A stretch of DNA of 64,000 nt from an uncultured bacterium (GCA_938074335.1 CALJEL010000013.1:888-64887); one strand, 5' to 3'; counted from the stretch's first letter, positions 1-10,322 are shown. Numbers and translations are program-made. Notes: generated from the sequence alone by a model not told the origin.

Positions 1-303
1 TCTGTCAAACTGTGCAAGTGTATTTGGATCAGAAAAGGTCATCTCAATTGTCCCGCGCATTACTCCAATTATCTGGGTATGCTGATTGCCGAGCTGACCT
101 GAATGGAATATCTGGACCTTTATCCTGCCGTTGCTGAGTCTGTTCAGCTCATCAGCAAAGACCTTCAGACCAAGGACCTCTGGTTGCTGCGGGCCTGCAA
201 CGGTGTTAAACCTCAGGACATAGGTTTTTTCTGCTGCAGGCACAGAAGATTGAAGAAAGAAAAAACAGCAGATAAAGATTAAAACTCTTTTGAAAAAATC
301 CAT
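1..303 (-). CDS. TRAP transporter solute-binding subunit (DctP family). Only the N-terminal 101 codons are present; the gene runs off the window start.
   Basis: My translation from the ATG at 303: MDFFKRVLIFICCFFFLQSSVPAAEKTYVLRFNTVAGPQQPEVLGLKVFADELNRLSNGRIKVQIFHSGQLGNQ... This is a signal peptide followed by a DctP-like N-terminus. It is absent from the ORF track because the window edge truncates it. Confidence 0.65.
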   Translation of the reverse strand, partial: MDFFKRVLIFICCFFFLQSSVPAAEKTYVLRFNTVAGPQQPEVLGLKVFADELNRLSNGRIKVQIFHSGQLGNQHTQIIGVMRGTIEMTFSDPNTLAQFDR

Positions 304-380
304 CCTTCACCTCTCACAAGATTTTTAATACCAAAAATTATAACATAGCTCCTGTTTTGTCGGTTCCTGTTTGCTAATCT

Positions 381-840
381 CCGTAATCTGCCATTAGAAA
401 TTTATAAAAAGCCTTTAATAAAACTGGCAGTCTGCCCATATTTCGGGGTTCACGGGGTGAAGCTTGTCTTCAGTCCGCGCTCTAAAGGCAATACCAGCAC
501 CCCAGAAAATCTGACGATTTTCTGGGGACCCCGCCTGCGACACCTTAGTAGAGCAGTAGAGCAACAGAGCAGCAGCGCAGCAGTTAAATAATAATATAAA
601 AAATTCCTTAATAAAAACTACTGCTCTACTGCTCTGCTGGTCTGCTGCTCTATTAATAAAAACTGCTGGTCTACTGCTCTGCTGCTCTATCAATAAAAAC
701 TACTGCACTGTTGCTCTGCTGGTCTATCTGTCGCACCGTAGCACTACTTTTGTAAGCCACAGACAAGAATGTCTGTGCTACTTGCTCTACTTCTCTACTG
801 CTCTACTGCTCTGCTGCTCTATCAATTAAGGCAATCAAAT
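381..840. repeat. Repeat locus A, a composite hairpin/octamer-array element. It contains an end motif, the 40-nt module 1, hairpin 2 and the long hairpin, whose right arm is tandemly triplicated.
   Basis: gtaatctgccat end motif at 384-395. Module 1 cggggttcacggggtgaagcttgtcttcagtccgcgctct at 444-483. Perfect 11-bp hairpin ccccagaaaat/ctgacg/attttctgggg at 500-527. TAGAGCAG-type octamer arm, AT-rich loop, then three tandem units starting ttaataaaaac / ttaataaaaac / tcaataaaaac at about 608, 653 and 690. The same modules recur at 14.1, 27.5 and 55.2 kb. Confidence 0.9.
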
Positions 841-888
841 AGCACTGCACGGTAATTCTACACAGTGGTATTTATGCTAAAATAATTC

Positions 889-1611
889 ATGCTTCTTGGA
901 GTAAATGTTGACCATGTGGCAACCATAAGGCAGGCAAGGCTTGCAAAGGAGCCTGACCCTGTCATGGCTGCAACGCTTGCTATCCTTGGTGGTGCTGATG
1001 GCATAACAGTCCATCTGAGAGAAGATAGAAGACACATCCAGGACAGAGACCTCAGGCTTCTAAGAGATATAGTGACCTGTGAATTAAATCTTGAGATGGC
1101 AGCCACTCCTGAGATGCTCAGAATCGCCATAGACACAAGACCAGACCTTGTCACCATAGTGCCTGAAAAAAGGCAGGAGCTTACCACAGAGGGTGGCCTT
1201 AATGTAAAGGAGAATCGTGAAAGGCTTAAGGAGTTTATAAAAAGGATAAATGCCTATGGTATCCCTGTCAGTCTTTTTATTAATCCATCTATAGAAGATG
1301 TGGATATATCAAGAGAAATAGATGCTCAGATGGTAGAGATTCATACTGGCATGTATGCTGATGCCCCTGCCTTAAATAAACCTGAAGAACTTAAAAAGAT
1401 AAGCAACGCAGTCCAGAGGGCAAGATCCATAGGCCTTGAGGTAAATGCAGGCCATGGTCTCAATTATCATAATGTTAAACCAGTAGCACAGATCCCTAAC
1501 TTAAGAGGCCTTTACATCGGCCACAGCATTGTGGCAAGGGCTGTGCTTGTTGGGATGAAAGAGGCTGTAAGGGAAATGAAGAACCTGATAGAATCAGCTA
1601 CAAAGGTCTGA
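889..1611 (+). CDS. pdxJ: Pyridoxine 5'-phosphate synthase
   Basis: LGVNVDHVATIRQAR...ITVHLREDRRHIQDRD...GHGLNY is a typical PdxJ sequence. Confidence 0.9.
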   Translation: MLLGVNVDHVATIRQARLAKEPDPVMAATLAILGGADGITVHLREDRRHIQDRDLRLLRDIVTCELNLEMAATPEMLRIAIDTRPDLVTIVPEKRQELTTEGGLNVKENRERLKEFIKRINAYGIPVSLFINPSIEDVDISREIDAQMVEIHTGMYADAPALNKPEELKKISNAVQRARSIGLEVNAGHGLNYHNVKPVAQIPNLRGLYIGHSIVARAVLVGMKEAVREMKNLIESATKV

Positions 1612-1612
1612 T

Positions 1613-1963
1613 GTGATAAAGGCAACAGGGATTGATATTGTAAGGATAAAAAGGATTAAAGAGGCAGCAGAAAAATGGGGAGAAAGATTCCTCACAAGGA
1701 TATTCACTCAGGATGAATTAAGTTACTGTTTCCAGAAAACCCCTCCCTATGAGTCCCTTGCTGTAAGGTTTGCTGCAAAGGAGGCCTTCCTTAAGGCAAT
1801 CAATAAGAGGCTGAGCCTCAGCTCAATAGAGATAAAAAATGAACCCTCTGGAAGACCCTATCTTTCTGTAAAAGGGGATATCCCTGATAATCTGAGATTT
1901 CATCTGAGCCTCAGTCATGACAGTGAGTATGCCATTGCCGTGGTTATCGTGGAGGAGGTCTGA
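1613..1963 (+). CDS. acpS: Holo-[acyl-carrier-protein] synthase
   Basis: GIDIVRIKRI...FAAKEAFLKA...SLSHD is the AcpS pattern. It follows pdxJ, and its stop overlaps the next start (TGATG). Confidence 0.85.
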   Translation: MIKATGIDIVRIKRIKEAAEKWGERFLTRIFTQDELSYCFQKTPPYESLAVRFAAKEAFLKAINKRLSLSSIEIKNEPSGRPYLSVKGDIPDNLRFHLSLSHDSEYAIAVVIVEEV

Positions 1964-3489
1964 TGAAGGTTGTTACTGCTGAGGAGATGGGCCTCATTGA
2001 TAGAAGGACCATAGAAGAATACGGTATCTCTTCCCTTACCCTGATGGAAAGGGCTGGAAGGGCAGTGGCCCAGAGGATAAGGGAGAATTTTAAAAAAGGA
2101 AAGATCCTGATAATTGCTGGTCCAGGCAATAACGGTGGAGATGGAATGGTTGCTGCAAGGTATCTAAGGAAGGCTGGCTTTAAGGTCAAGGTCTATCTAT
2201 TATTTGAGGAGGAAAGACTGAGCCCTGAGGCAAAGGTCCAGCTTGAAAGGCTCAGAAAGGCAAGGATACCCTTTACCATAACCAGAGATATCAGTAAAGA
2301 AGAGTTCAGGGATTCAATAATAATGGATGCCCTTTTTGGAACAGGCCTGAAAAGGGATATAGCAGGTGAACTAGCTGAACTTATTGAGAAGATAAATTCC
2401 TCAGGAGCTCCAGTAGTGGCAGTGGATATTCCGTCAGGGATATCCTCTGATGATGGCTCTGTGATGGGAAAGGCTGTGAGGGCAGGCCTTACGGTTACCT
2501 TTGGACTTCCAAAAAGAGGACATCTTTTATTCCCTGGTGCAGAACATACAGGAAGGCTCTATGTAGAAGACATAGGATTTCCAGAAGAGCTCCTCATTTC
2601 AGATTCCATTAAAGTGGAACTCCTTAAAAGGGAGTTTCTGAGGTCATTAATTCCTGAAAGAAAGAGATATTCCCATAAAGGCACCTATGGACATGTCCTC
2701 CTGGTGGCAGGCTCAAGAGGAAAGACAGGTGCCTGCTTCATGGCAGCAAGGGCATCTCTCAGAAGTGGTGCAGGCCTTGTGACAATAGGTGTGCCGGAAA
2801 CTCTACTTCCGGTATTCCAGTCAAGGGTCACTGATGAGATGTGTCTTGGGCTTCCTGACAGGGGTGATGGTTCACTCCGTAAAGACGCACTAACGCATAT
2901 AATTGATTTTGTAGAAAAAAAGTCCATGGTCATTGCAATCGGTCCAGGCATTGGTGTAACAGAAGACACCAAGGAGATTGTTAAAGGAGTGGTTCAGAAG
3001 GTCAAAATTCCCCTTGTCCTTGATGCTGATGCAATAAATTGCCTTAAAGATATGCCAGAGGTCCTTAGAGGAAAAGGTAATTGTGTGCTCACACCCCATC
3101 CAGGAGAATTCTCAAGGCTCACTGCAATACCAGTAGAGGAGATAGAGAAAAAAAGGATAGACCTCGCCTGTGAGTTTTCATCCCAATATGGTGTTACCAT
3201 TGTTCTTAAAGGTGTACCAACAGTAATAGGTTATGAGGGATATGCCTATATCAATCCCACTGGAAATCCTGGCATGGCAAAGGCAGGAAGTGGTGATGTC
3301 CTTACAGGGATTATCTCAGGCCTCCTTGCCCAAGGTCTTTCTGGGCTGAAGGCAGGTCTTCTTGGTGTCTATATTCATGGACTTGCTGGTGACATAGGTG
3401 CAAAAGACAGGGGTCTATGGAGCCTCCTTGCTTCTGATATAATTGAATATATACCATCTGCCTTTAAGGAATTAAAAGGAGATGCATGA
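1963..3489 (+). CDS. nnr: Bifunctional NAD(P)H-hydrate repair enzyme (epimerase plus ADP-dependent dehydratase)
   Basis: N-terminal YjeF-N region (GPGNNGGDG) and C-terminal carbohydrate-kinase-like region (GPGIG...GSGDVLTG). Confidence 0.85.
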   Translation: MKVVTAEEMGLIDRRTIEEYGISSLTLMERAGRAVAQRIRENFKKGKILIIAGPGNNGGDGMVAARYLRKAGFKVKVYLLFEEERLSPEAKVQLERLRKARIPFTITRDISKEEFRDSIIMDALFGTGLKRDIAGELAELIEKINSSGAPVVAVDIPSGISSDDGSVMGKAVRAGLTVTFGLPKRGHLLFPGAEHTGRLYVEDIGFPEELLISDSIKVELLKREFLRSLIPERKRYSHKGTYGHVLLVAGSRGKTGACFMAARASLRSGAGLVTIGVPETLLPVFQSRVTDEMCLGLPDRGDGSLRKDALTHIIDFVEKKSMVIAIGPGIGVTEDTKEIVKGVVQKVKIPLVLDADAINCLKDMPEVLRGKGNCVLTPHPGEFSRLTAIPVEEIEKKRIDLACEFSSQYGVTIVLKGVPTVIGYEGYAYINPTGNPGMAKAGSGDVLTGIISGLLAQGLSGLKAGLLGVYIHGLAGDIGAKDRGLWSLLASDIIEYIPSAFKELKGDA

Positions 3490-4135
3490 CCTTATAGTGC
3501 CAGAGATATTTCCAGAAGGAATAAAGGCCTTCTTTACGACAAAGGCAAGTCATGAAGTTGTCTCAAAGAGCCTGAATATCCCTCTCTATAAGCCTGTTCA
3601 AAGGCATACCTCTGAGGTTATTATCCTTAACGGGATGGAACGCCTGGTGGCTGATGGCGTGATTACTGACAGAAAGGGCATTGTGCTTTCTATTGAGACA
3701 GCTGATTGTGTGCCCATTCTTCTCTGTGATCCTGCTGTGCCAGTTATTGGAGCAGTTCATGCAGGATGGAGGGGTACAGCCTCAGCAATAATAAGAAATG
3801 CTATAAGGAAGATGAAAGAGGTCTTTTGCTCAGAACCCTCAAGGATCCTCATGGCAATAGGTCCATCCATAGGTCCCTGCTGTTATGAGGTGGATGAACC
3901 TGTTTACAGGGCTATATCTTCCCGGACAGGTTCTCATTATATACCCCGGAATAACAAATACTATATTGATCTTCCTTCAGAAAATATCAGGCAGGCACTA
4001 TCAGAAGGCCTGAAGGAAGAAAACATATGGACCTCAAAGGAATGCACAAGGTGTGGACATGAGAGGTTTCATTCCTACAGATTTCAGGGAAAAACTGCTG
4101 GACGGCAGGGAGGATTTATTCTTATTGAAATTTAA
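3482..4135 (+). CDS. pgeF: YfiH/PgeF family multicopper-oxidase-like protein (peptidoglycan editing factor / purine nucleoside phosphorylase family)
   Basis: ADCVPILL...HAGWRGT...CCYEV...SYR are conserved YfiH motifs. Confidence 0.8.
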   Translation: MHDLIVPEIFPEGIKAFFTTKASHEVVSKSLNIPLYKPVQRHTSEVIILNGMERLVADGVITDRKGIVLSIETADCVPILLCDPAVPVIGAVHAGWRGTASAIIRNAIRKMKEVFCSEPSRILMAIGPSIGPCCYEVDEPVYRAISSRTGSHYIPRNNKYYIDLPSENIRQALSEGLKEENIWTSKECTRCGHERFHSYRFQGKTAGRQGGFILIEI

Positions 4136-4222
4136 TATCATTTATGGTAATTTTGATTTAAGGCCCTGAGATCTTCAGGGATTAAATATCACAGCCACAG
4201 GGGTGGCAGAAGGAGGCCTGAA

Positions 4223-4453
4223 TTGAAGGAACAGGAGATTATTGAAGCCCTAAGAAGAGAAAATGAGGAGTTCAGAAGACTTGAACAGGAACACAGGAAT
4301 CTCGATAACACCCTCAGAGAGCTTGAATCAAAGAAATTTCTGACAGCCGAAGATGAGTTACAGATCCATAATTTAAAGAAATTAAAGCTTTTCAAAAAAG
4401 ACAGGATGCTTGAGATGATCCAGGAATATAAAAAGAGCCATTCTCTAAATTAA
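4223..4453 (+). CDS. DUF465 (YdcH-like) small coiled-coil protein
   Basis: 76 aa with the L..EH..LD..I..LE / ...LK..KL.LKD pattern. TTG start 6 nt after AGGAGG. Confidence 0.6.
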   Translation: MKEQEIIEALRRENEEFRRLEQEHRNLDNTLRELESKKFLTAEDELQIHNLKKLKLFKKDRMLEMIQEYKKSHSLN

Positions 4454-4507
4454 TTTTTAATTTCTGATTCCGGAATCTTAAATTTTGAATCTAAAGGGAG
4501 GATTTTT

Positions 4508-6172
4508 ATGTCATTAAGGAGTAACAGGATTAAAAAAGGACTTGAAAGGGTTCCTCACCGGGCCCTCCTTTATGCCACAGGCATTCCAAGGTCTGAACTC
4601 AACAAGCCATTTATTGGAGTTGCTACAAGTTTTACTGATATCATACCAGGGCATATTGGTATGAGGGATCTTGAAAGATTCATTGAAAAGGGTATTCATA
4701 CAGGAGGTGGTTATCCTTTCTTCTTTGGAATCCCAGGGATATGTGATGGTATAGCCATGGGACACAGGGGAATGCATTACAGCCTTCCATCCAGAGAACT
4801 CATCGCTGATATGGTGGAGACCATAGCAGAGGCGCACCAGTTTGATGGACTTGTGCTTCTAACCAATTGTGATAAGATAACCCCTGGTATGCTCATGGCA
4901 GCAGCAAGGATCAATATTCCATCAATTATTGTGACAGCAGGACCAATGCATTCAGGCCTACTTAAGGGTAAAAGGCTATCCCTTGTTAATGACACCTTTG
5001 AGGCAATTGGAAAGTTTAAAAAGGGTCTTATATCAGAAGCCGAGCTTGAGCAGCTTGAGCTCTGTGCCTGCCCTGGACCTGGCTCATGTCAAGGGATGTA
5101 CACAGCAAACACAATGGCCTGTGTGACAGAGGCACTGGGAATGAGTCTGCCAACCTGTGCCACAAGCCTTGCCATTACATCCCATAAAAGAAGGATTGCC
5201 TTTGAAAGCGGAAGGAAGATTGTGGAGCTTGTAAGGAAAAATATCACACCAAGAAAGATATTAACAAGAAAGGCCTTTGAGAATGCCATAAGGGTTGATA
5301 TGGCCCTTGGAGGTTCAACAAATACGGTGCTTCATATACCGGCAATAGCCCATGAGGCAGGAGTTAAGCTTCCCCTTGAGGTATTTGATGAACTGAGCAG
5401 GACAACCCCTCACATAGCAAACATGCTTCCAGGAGGGGAGCACTTCCTTGAAGACCTTGATGCAGCTGGAGGTATACCTGCGGTGCTAAAGAGACTCGGT
5501 AAACTTCTTCACAATACTATGACCCTTAGTGGATTTACCACCTACCAGATAGCCCAGAGGGCAGAGATATATAATGAAGATGTGATAAGACCCCTTGAAA
5601 AGGCCTATCATAAAGAAGGTGGTATTGCTATCCTCAGGGGAAATCTTGCACCAGGTGGTGCTGTGGTCAAACAATCTGCAGTAAATCCAAAGATGATGGT
5701 CTTTGAGGGGACCGCAAAAGTCTATAATTCAGAAGAAGAAGGCATGAAGGCAATCCTTAATGGTGAGATAAAGCCAGGTGATGTGGTGGTGATAAGATAC
5801 GAGGGTCCAAAAGGTGGTCCTGGTATGAGGGAGATGCTCTCTCCTACAGCCACCATAGCTGGTATGGGACTCAGTGACTCTGTAGCCCTGATTACAGATG
5901 GAAGGTTCTCAGGTGGGACAAGAGGACCCTGCATAGGCCATATATCTCCAGAGGCAATGGAGGGTGGACCGGTTGCAATAGTTCAGAACGGAGACAGGAT
6001 AAAGATAGATATCCCGAAAAGAAGGCTCGACCTTCTCATACCTGAAGAAGAAATCAAAAAAAGACTTTCAAAATGGAGACCTCCAAGACCAAAGATAACA
6101 AAGGGCTGGCTTGCAAGATATGCTAAACTGGTTACCTCTGCCGGCACGGGTGCTGTGATGAAGGAGGACTGA
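4508..6172 (+). CDS. ilvD: Dihydroxy-acid dehydratase
   Basis: RALLYATG...[10 protein letters not shown]...TNCDKITPG...TDGRFSGGT along the full length. Confidence 0.95.
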   Translation: MSLRSNRIKKGLERVPHRALLYATGIPRSELNKPFIGVATSFTDIIPGHIGMRDLERFIEKGIHTGGGYPFFFGIPGICDGIAMGHRGMHYSLPSRELIADMVETIAEAHQFDGLVLLTNCDKITPGMLMAAARINIPSIIVTAGPMHSGLLKGKRLSLVNDTFEAIGKFKKGLISEAELEQLELCACPGPGSCQGMYTANTMACVTEALGMSLPTCATSLAITSHKRRIAFESGRKIVELVRKNITPRKILTRKAFENAIRVDMALGGSTNTVLHIPAIAHEAGVKLPLEVFDELSRTTPHIANMLPGGEHFLEDLDAAGGIPAVLKRLGKLLHNTMTLSGFTTYQIAQRAEIYNEDVIRPLEKAYHKEGGIAILRGNLAPGGAVVKQSAVNPKMMVFEGTAKVYNSEEEGMKAILNGEIKPGDVVVIRYEGPKGGPGMREMLSPTATIAGMGLSDSVALITDGRFSGGTRGPCIGHISPEAMEGGPVAIVQNGDRIKIDIPKRRLDLLIPEEEIKKRLSKWRPPRPKITKGWLARYAKLVTSAGTGAVMKED

Positions 6173-6186
6173 AGAAAGACTTGAGT

Positions 6187-7803
6187 TTAAAATAGTCCCA
6201 TTTGTTTTTCTTTCAGGGGTCTATCTGGTATAAAGATGTCCTCTATGCATTGGTTATTGATTTCTGAAAGAAAAAGAGAGGCCTTTTGAGCCCCTGTCTT
6301 TCCATATAACGATCTCTTTCTTGCATGAATCAGAAACAATTCCTCCTTTGCCCTTGTCATGGCCACATAGAGGAGCCTTCTTTCCTCCTCAATATCTTCT
6401 GCTTCAAGAGGTATAATACCCTGTTCAAGTCCTGCTATAAAGACTACCCTGAACTCAAGACCCTTTGACATATGCATGGTAAGAAGCCTCACACCCTCTG
6501 CCTCAAGTCTGTCCTCTTCAGGACCTGTGAGTTTAAGCCAGGTTATAAGGTCATCTGATGATGAGGGCATATAATTATCAAACAGTGAATTCAAAGCCCT
6601 GTATCTCTCTCTGAGCTCCTGAAGCAGTAATTCCCAGGGTTTATCCTTATTTTCCTGAATATAACTTAATATCTCTTTCAGGGTCTCTGAAAAGACCCTT
6701 CCCATTACATAACAGGGTATACCTGTCTTTTTTAATTCAGTCTCAAGGGCAAAAACCTGATTGTTTGTCCTTAAAAGCACAGCAAAGTCAGAAAGACTGT
6801 AACCACCCCTTTCAGCCTGAAGACCCCTCATAAGACTGTAATGACTCATCCCTCCAAGCCTCTTTTCAATCTCATGAGCTATAAACTCGATCTCTGCCCT
6901 GTCATCAGGCACAGATACAAGCCTTAAAGGAGGGCCTTCTTTTTTGATACTTACAATCTTTTTCGGTATCCTTTCCTTATTTTTTTCAATGAGGCTCTCA
7001 GAGGCCTTTACTATAAAGGCCTGGGACCTGTAGTTTTTATCAAGGACAATCCTTATTGCCTGAGGATATTCCTTTTCAAAGTCCAGAAAGTTCTTAACAT
7101 TTGCTCCCCTGAAGCTATAGATTGACTGGTCAGGATCACCTACAGCAAATATCCTTTCAATAGAAAATGCCTTAAGCAACCTGTATTGAAGGGGATTTAT
7201 ATCCTGATATTCGTCCACTATAATATATTTGATGGTCTTTCTGTATCTGTTTTGATTTGATGGATCTTTAAGAAGATCTATTGCCCTGATTATAATGTCA
7301 TCAAAATCAAGGGCCCTTTTTTTCTGAAGAGCTTCCTGATAATCCTCCATTATCTTTTTTATCCTGTCATCAGGCTCATCAAGAAGATTCTTTATCCTTG
7401 ATATCCTTTCAATGATAGAGGATGGCCTTCCTGAACCGGAGACCCCTTTTATAACCTCAAGCTGTTCCTCTCTGCTAAGGATAGAAAATTCATCTCCCCA
7501 TGTATCTTTTATAATCCTTAAACCAAAAAGATGGAATGTCCCTGCAAATAATCCCTTCAGATCTCCATGAAAGATCCTTATCCTTTCTTTAAGCTCTGAG
7601 GCAGCCCTGTTAGTAAAGGTAATTGCCACTATTTCCTCAGGCCTTGCTCCCTTTGCTAAAAGATAGGCTATCCTTCTTACAATGGTAAGGGTCTTCCCCG
7701 TGCCAGGACCGGCAACAACAAGCACAGGGCAATCAGGTGCTCTGACAGCAAGCCTCTGGGATTCATTCAGGCCTTCAAGGATTCTTTCTATATTCATGGG
7801 CAA
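6187..7803 (-). CDS. Compact UvrD/Rep/PcrA-family SF1 helicase (538 aa)
   Basis: LNESQ..AV, Walker A AGPGTGKT, IIVDEYQDINPLQY, VGDPDQSIYSFRGA, KNYRS, MHMSKGLEF, LLYVAMTRAKEEL. All SF1 motifs are present but the protein is about 180 aa shorter than classical UvrD. Confidence 0.8.
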   Translation of the reverse strand: MPMNIERILEGLNESQRLAVRAPDCPVLVVAGPGTGKTLTIVRRIAYLLAKGARPEEIVAITFTNRAASELKERIRIFHGDLKGLFAGTFHLFGLRIIKDTWGDEFSILSREEQLEVIKGVSGSGRPSSIIERISRIKNLLDEPDDRIKKIMEDYQEALQKKRALDFDDIIIRAIDLLKDPSNQNRYRKTIKYIIVDEYQDINPLQYRLLKAFSIERIFAVGDPDQSIYSFRGANVKNFLDFEKEYPQAIRIVLDKNYRSQAFIVKASESLIEKNKERIPKKIVSIKKEGPPLRLVSVPDDRAEIEFIAHEIEKRLGGMSHYSLMRGLQAERGGYSLSDFAVLLRTNNQVFALETELKKTGIPCYVMGRVFSETLKEILSYIQENKDKPWELLLQELRERYRALNSLFDNYMPSSSDDLITWLKLTGPEEDRLEAEGVRLLTMHMSKGLEFRVVFIAGLEQGIIPLEAEDIEEERRLLYVAMTRAKEELFLIHARKRSLYGKTGAQKASLFLSEINNQCIEDIFIPDRPLKEKQMGLF

Positions 7804-8947
7804 AGATCCTCTTTATAAACATGGTGCCATAGCTACCCCTTGGTAGTTCAAAATTAAGATAGAGGAGTTTTTTCCCTTGATAAAGCTTATCATCCCTAAC
7901 AGCATAATCCTTCAGCCAGGGAGTTACCACAAGAGGCCTTTGTGTTGAACTGAAAAAGGCTGACCTTATCTTCTTAAGATTGAACATAGATGGTCTCAGA
8001 TCCATCTCTTTAAGGATATTATTATAAATCTCAGCTGTCAGTTCATCAGGCATCTCGGTCTTATGGGATGCCGTAGGTATGAGGAGCTCCGTAAGATACT
8101 GAAAGGAATGACACCTTCTGTAAAATATATAATCCCAGTAATTGCCCCTGTAGCTTAAGAGCTCATCTCCGTAAATTATTACCATTCTTTCTGCCACCTT
8201 ATTCCAGATATAGGATTGAAAGGCTGAAAAGAAGAGGGAAAGCTCATCCTTTGGAATAGACTGGATTATCCTGAGGAAGGGTTTTCCCCCTTTTTTCATT
8301 AAAAAACTGAAGGCCCTTTTCTCAAAAGAGGTCTTTGCCTTTTTTAAACATTCATCCCAGTTTCCCCAGTTTTCAAAGAAAAACCTCTTTCTATCCTTTT
8401 CTTCCTTTCTATCCTCTGGATGGATTGCTGTAAGATAGATCTTCACAGCACCATTATAATGCCTCTTTAAGATCTTTTCAGCAATAAATCCCTGCTCCTT
8501 TGAGAAGCTGCCAAATCTCTGGTCATCAAAATAATTTGGATATCCATATTCCCTTACAATTTCAATCTCCCTTATCCCCCGCTCAACCTCCTCTTCTGCC
8601 AGATCCCTGATAGAGATCTTAAACTCATTTCCCTGAATAAGGTCTGGTCCCATGGGTCTTGGCATATCACCTATGTATTTAAGGCTGAAATTATCTCCCT
8701 GTGTTTCCCTTACTGATGGATCATCAATGGTAATATACTGAGATGTCAGGGCATATCTATCTTTTTTCCCTCCATAAGAAAATCTCTGGAAGGGGATACC
8801 AAAGGTCTTTGATAACCTTATAAGGAGATCAACAGTATTGTAACCCTTTTTTGTCAGGAGATAGACCCTGTAAGGGCTACCTTCACTTAATGGAAGACTT
8901 GCCTTCTCCTCCACCACAAAATCCTCTGGCCTTACCTTTATCTTCAT
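7775..8947 (-). CDS. truD: tRNA pseudouridine(13) synthase TruD
   Basis: MKIKVRPEDFVVEE...YGGKKDR...NYFDDQRFG are TruD hallmarks. I prefer the ATG at 8947 (AAGGTG 9 nt upstream); the track's GTG at 8956 is the alternative. The 3' end overlaps the helicase start by 29 nt. Confidence 0.85.
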   Translation of the reverse strand: MKIKVRPEDFVVEEKASLPLSEGSPYRVYLLTKKGYNTVDLLIRLSKTFGIPFQRFSYGGKKDRYALTSQYITIDDPSVRETQGDNFSLKYIGDMPRPMGPDLIQGNEFKISIRDLAEEEVERGIREIEIVREYGYPNYFDDQRFGSFSKEQGFIAEKILKRHYNGAVKIYLTAIHPEDRKEEKDRKRFFFENWGNWDECLKKAKTSFEKRAFSFLMKKGGKPFLRIIQSIPKDELSLFFSAFQSYIWNKVAERMVIIYGDELLSYRGNYWDYIFYRRCHSFQYLTELLIPTASHKTEMPDELTAEIYNNILKEMDLRPSMFNLKKIRSAFFSSTQRPLVVTPWLKDYAVRDDKLYQGKKLLYLNFELPRGSYGTMFIKRIFAHEYRKNP

Positions 8948-8982
8948 ATATACCACACCTTCTTACTTACCACATAACTATC
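8943..8982. repeat. Direct repeat R1, left boundary of the lhgO island
   Basis: ttcatatataccacaccttcttacttaccacataactatc aligns with 10422-10462 at about 80 percent identity with one 1-nt indel. It includes the truD start codon (cat). Confidence 0.8.
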
Positions 8983-9104
8983 TGAACCTCCGATAACCGA
9001 AGCAAAAACCAAACAAAACCATTATGCCTATAATCATACCATAGCTTATTCATGCACCGAGGCCAGGGGGTAATATATAGTGAGGCTTCCTAAATTTTAG
9101 GGTA

Positions 9105-10322
9105 TTACCTGTTAATTATAAAACTATCCACAATATATTTAGTAAAGGGTAAACTTGCTGTAAAGCCAGGAGAAACCGCATTTAATATATGAACACTCTC
9201 TCTATTAGATTCAATCACAAAATCATTAACGAACTCCAGGGTCCGTAAATCCATAAGCTGTGCTCTAATTCCTGCTTTAGCCCAGCTCCAAGATTTATCT
9301 ATGGGGATAGAAACTAATTTCTGGGCCTCTTTAATTAAATAATTTTTAGACCATTTTTTAATTTCTTTCAGGGCAATAGACCTTACAAGCTGATTTTTTG
9401 CTATAAGTAAAAGAAACTTTTCGGTAATTGCCAAGAACTCTTTTAATTTAAAATTTTTTACTCCTTCATAATTTTCTCTCCAAAGGCAGGGTATAGCAGT
9501 TGGCCCAATCTTAATTTTTCCATCCACTTTTACTGTAAAGTGGACACCGAGAAAGGGAGTTTTTATATCAGGGACAGGATAAATATTTCGCCTTAAAAAT
9601 TTATCTTTACCCCTGAATTCAAGATAAATTCCCTTAAAGGGGATTAAAAAGTAATTATGTCCCAAATCAAAATCCTGTGCTATTTTATCTGCATAAAGTC
9701 CACTGCTATTTATAAGCCTTTTGTATTCAAATATGTAATCTCCTGCAAGAATAGCAAACTCACCAATTCTCTTTTTATAGGGAGCATTGAAATAGAAGGT
9801 CACATCTTGATTTATAAGGTCCTTTTTAAAAGATTTTAAGACTTCAAGAGGATCAATCACAGCCGTAGAGGGGCTCCAAAGGGCATATTTGAATGTTTTG
9901 GCTACAGGTTCAATTTCCTTGAGCTCCCTTTCCTCAATTAAATAATTTCCTGCACCATTTATATCTCCTCTTCTCTTTAATTCATATAAAGTCTCTAATT
10001 CCTCTTCATTCTTAGCCACAACTACTTTACCACATTTATTTATCTTCAATCCTCTTGCCTCACAATAACTTTTTAATTCGAAATTTCCTTCCTTGGTAAA
10101 TTTAGCCTTTAAAGAATCAGGGTGATAATAAAATCCAGCATGTAACACGCCACTATTTCTCCCGCTTGCATGGAACCCGATATCTGGCTCCTTATCAATA
10201 AAACAAATTCTTTCTTCAGGAAAATATTTACGTAAATTTAATGCAATGGCTAAACCTATGACACCAGCCCCTATAACAATATAATCAGTTTGAATAATCT
10301 TTGATGATTGAAACCTGCTCAC
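9105..10322 (-). CDS. lhgO: FAD-dependent L-2-hydroxyglutarate oxidase/dehydrogenase family protein
   Basis: DYIVIGAGVIGLAIA...HASGRNSGVLHAGFYY.PDSLKAKF... is LhgO-like. I place the start at the GTG at 10322, 7 nt after AGGAGG. The track's TTG at 10391 adds an implausible leader. Confidence 0.7.
   Translation of the reverse strand: MSRFQSSKIIQTDYIVIGAGVIGLAIALNLRKYFPEERICFIDKEPDIGFHASGRNSGVLHAGFYYHPDSLKAKFTKEGNFELKSYCEARGLKINKCGKVVVAKNEEELETLYELKRRGDINGAGNYLIEERELKEIEPVAKTFKYALWSPSTAVIDPLEVLKSFKKDLINQDVTFYFNAPYKKRIGEFAILAGDYIFEYKRLINSSGLYADKIAQDFDLGHNYFLIPFKGIYLEFRGKDKFLRRNIYPVPDIKTPFLGVHFTVKVDGKIKIGPTAIPCLWRENYEGVKNFKLKEFLAITEKFLLLIAKNQLVRSIALKEIKKWSKNYLIKEAQKLVSIPIDKSWSWAKAGIRAQLMDLRTLEFVNDFVIESNRESVHILNAVSPGFTASLPFTKYIVDSFIINR

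Noticed and set aside
415-693. Track ORF of 92 aa on the minus strand, together with the analogous 86-aa ORF at 14217-14477
   Set aside because: Both are translations of the octamer-array/hairpin repeat, giving low-complexity LLL/SSR/AAA strings and the shared peptide ..AGSPEN..IFWGA.. from hairpin 2. There is no RBS or start context. They are repeat artefacts, not genes.
381-840. A possible CRISPR array, considered for the repetitive loci A to D
   Set aside because: The repeat units have an 8-nt period or are 37-45-nt near-identical tandem units with no unique spacers of 30-40 nt between them. The copies are inverted-repeat hairpins, and no cas genes are present in the window.
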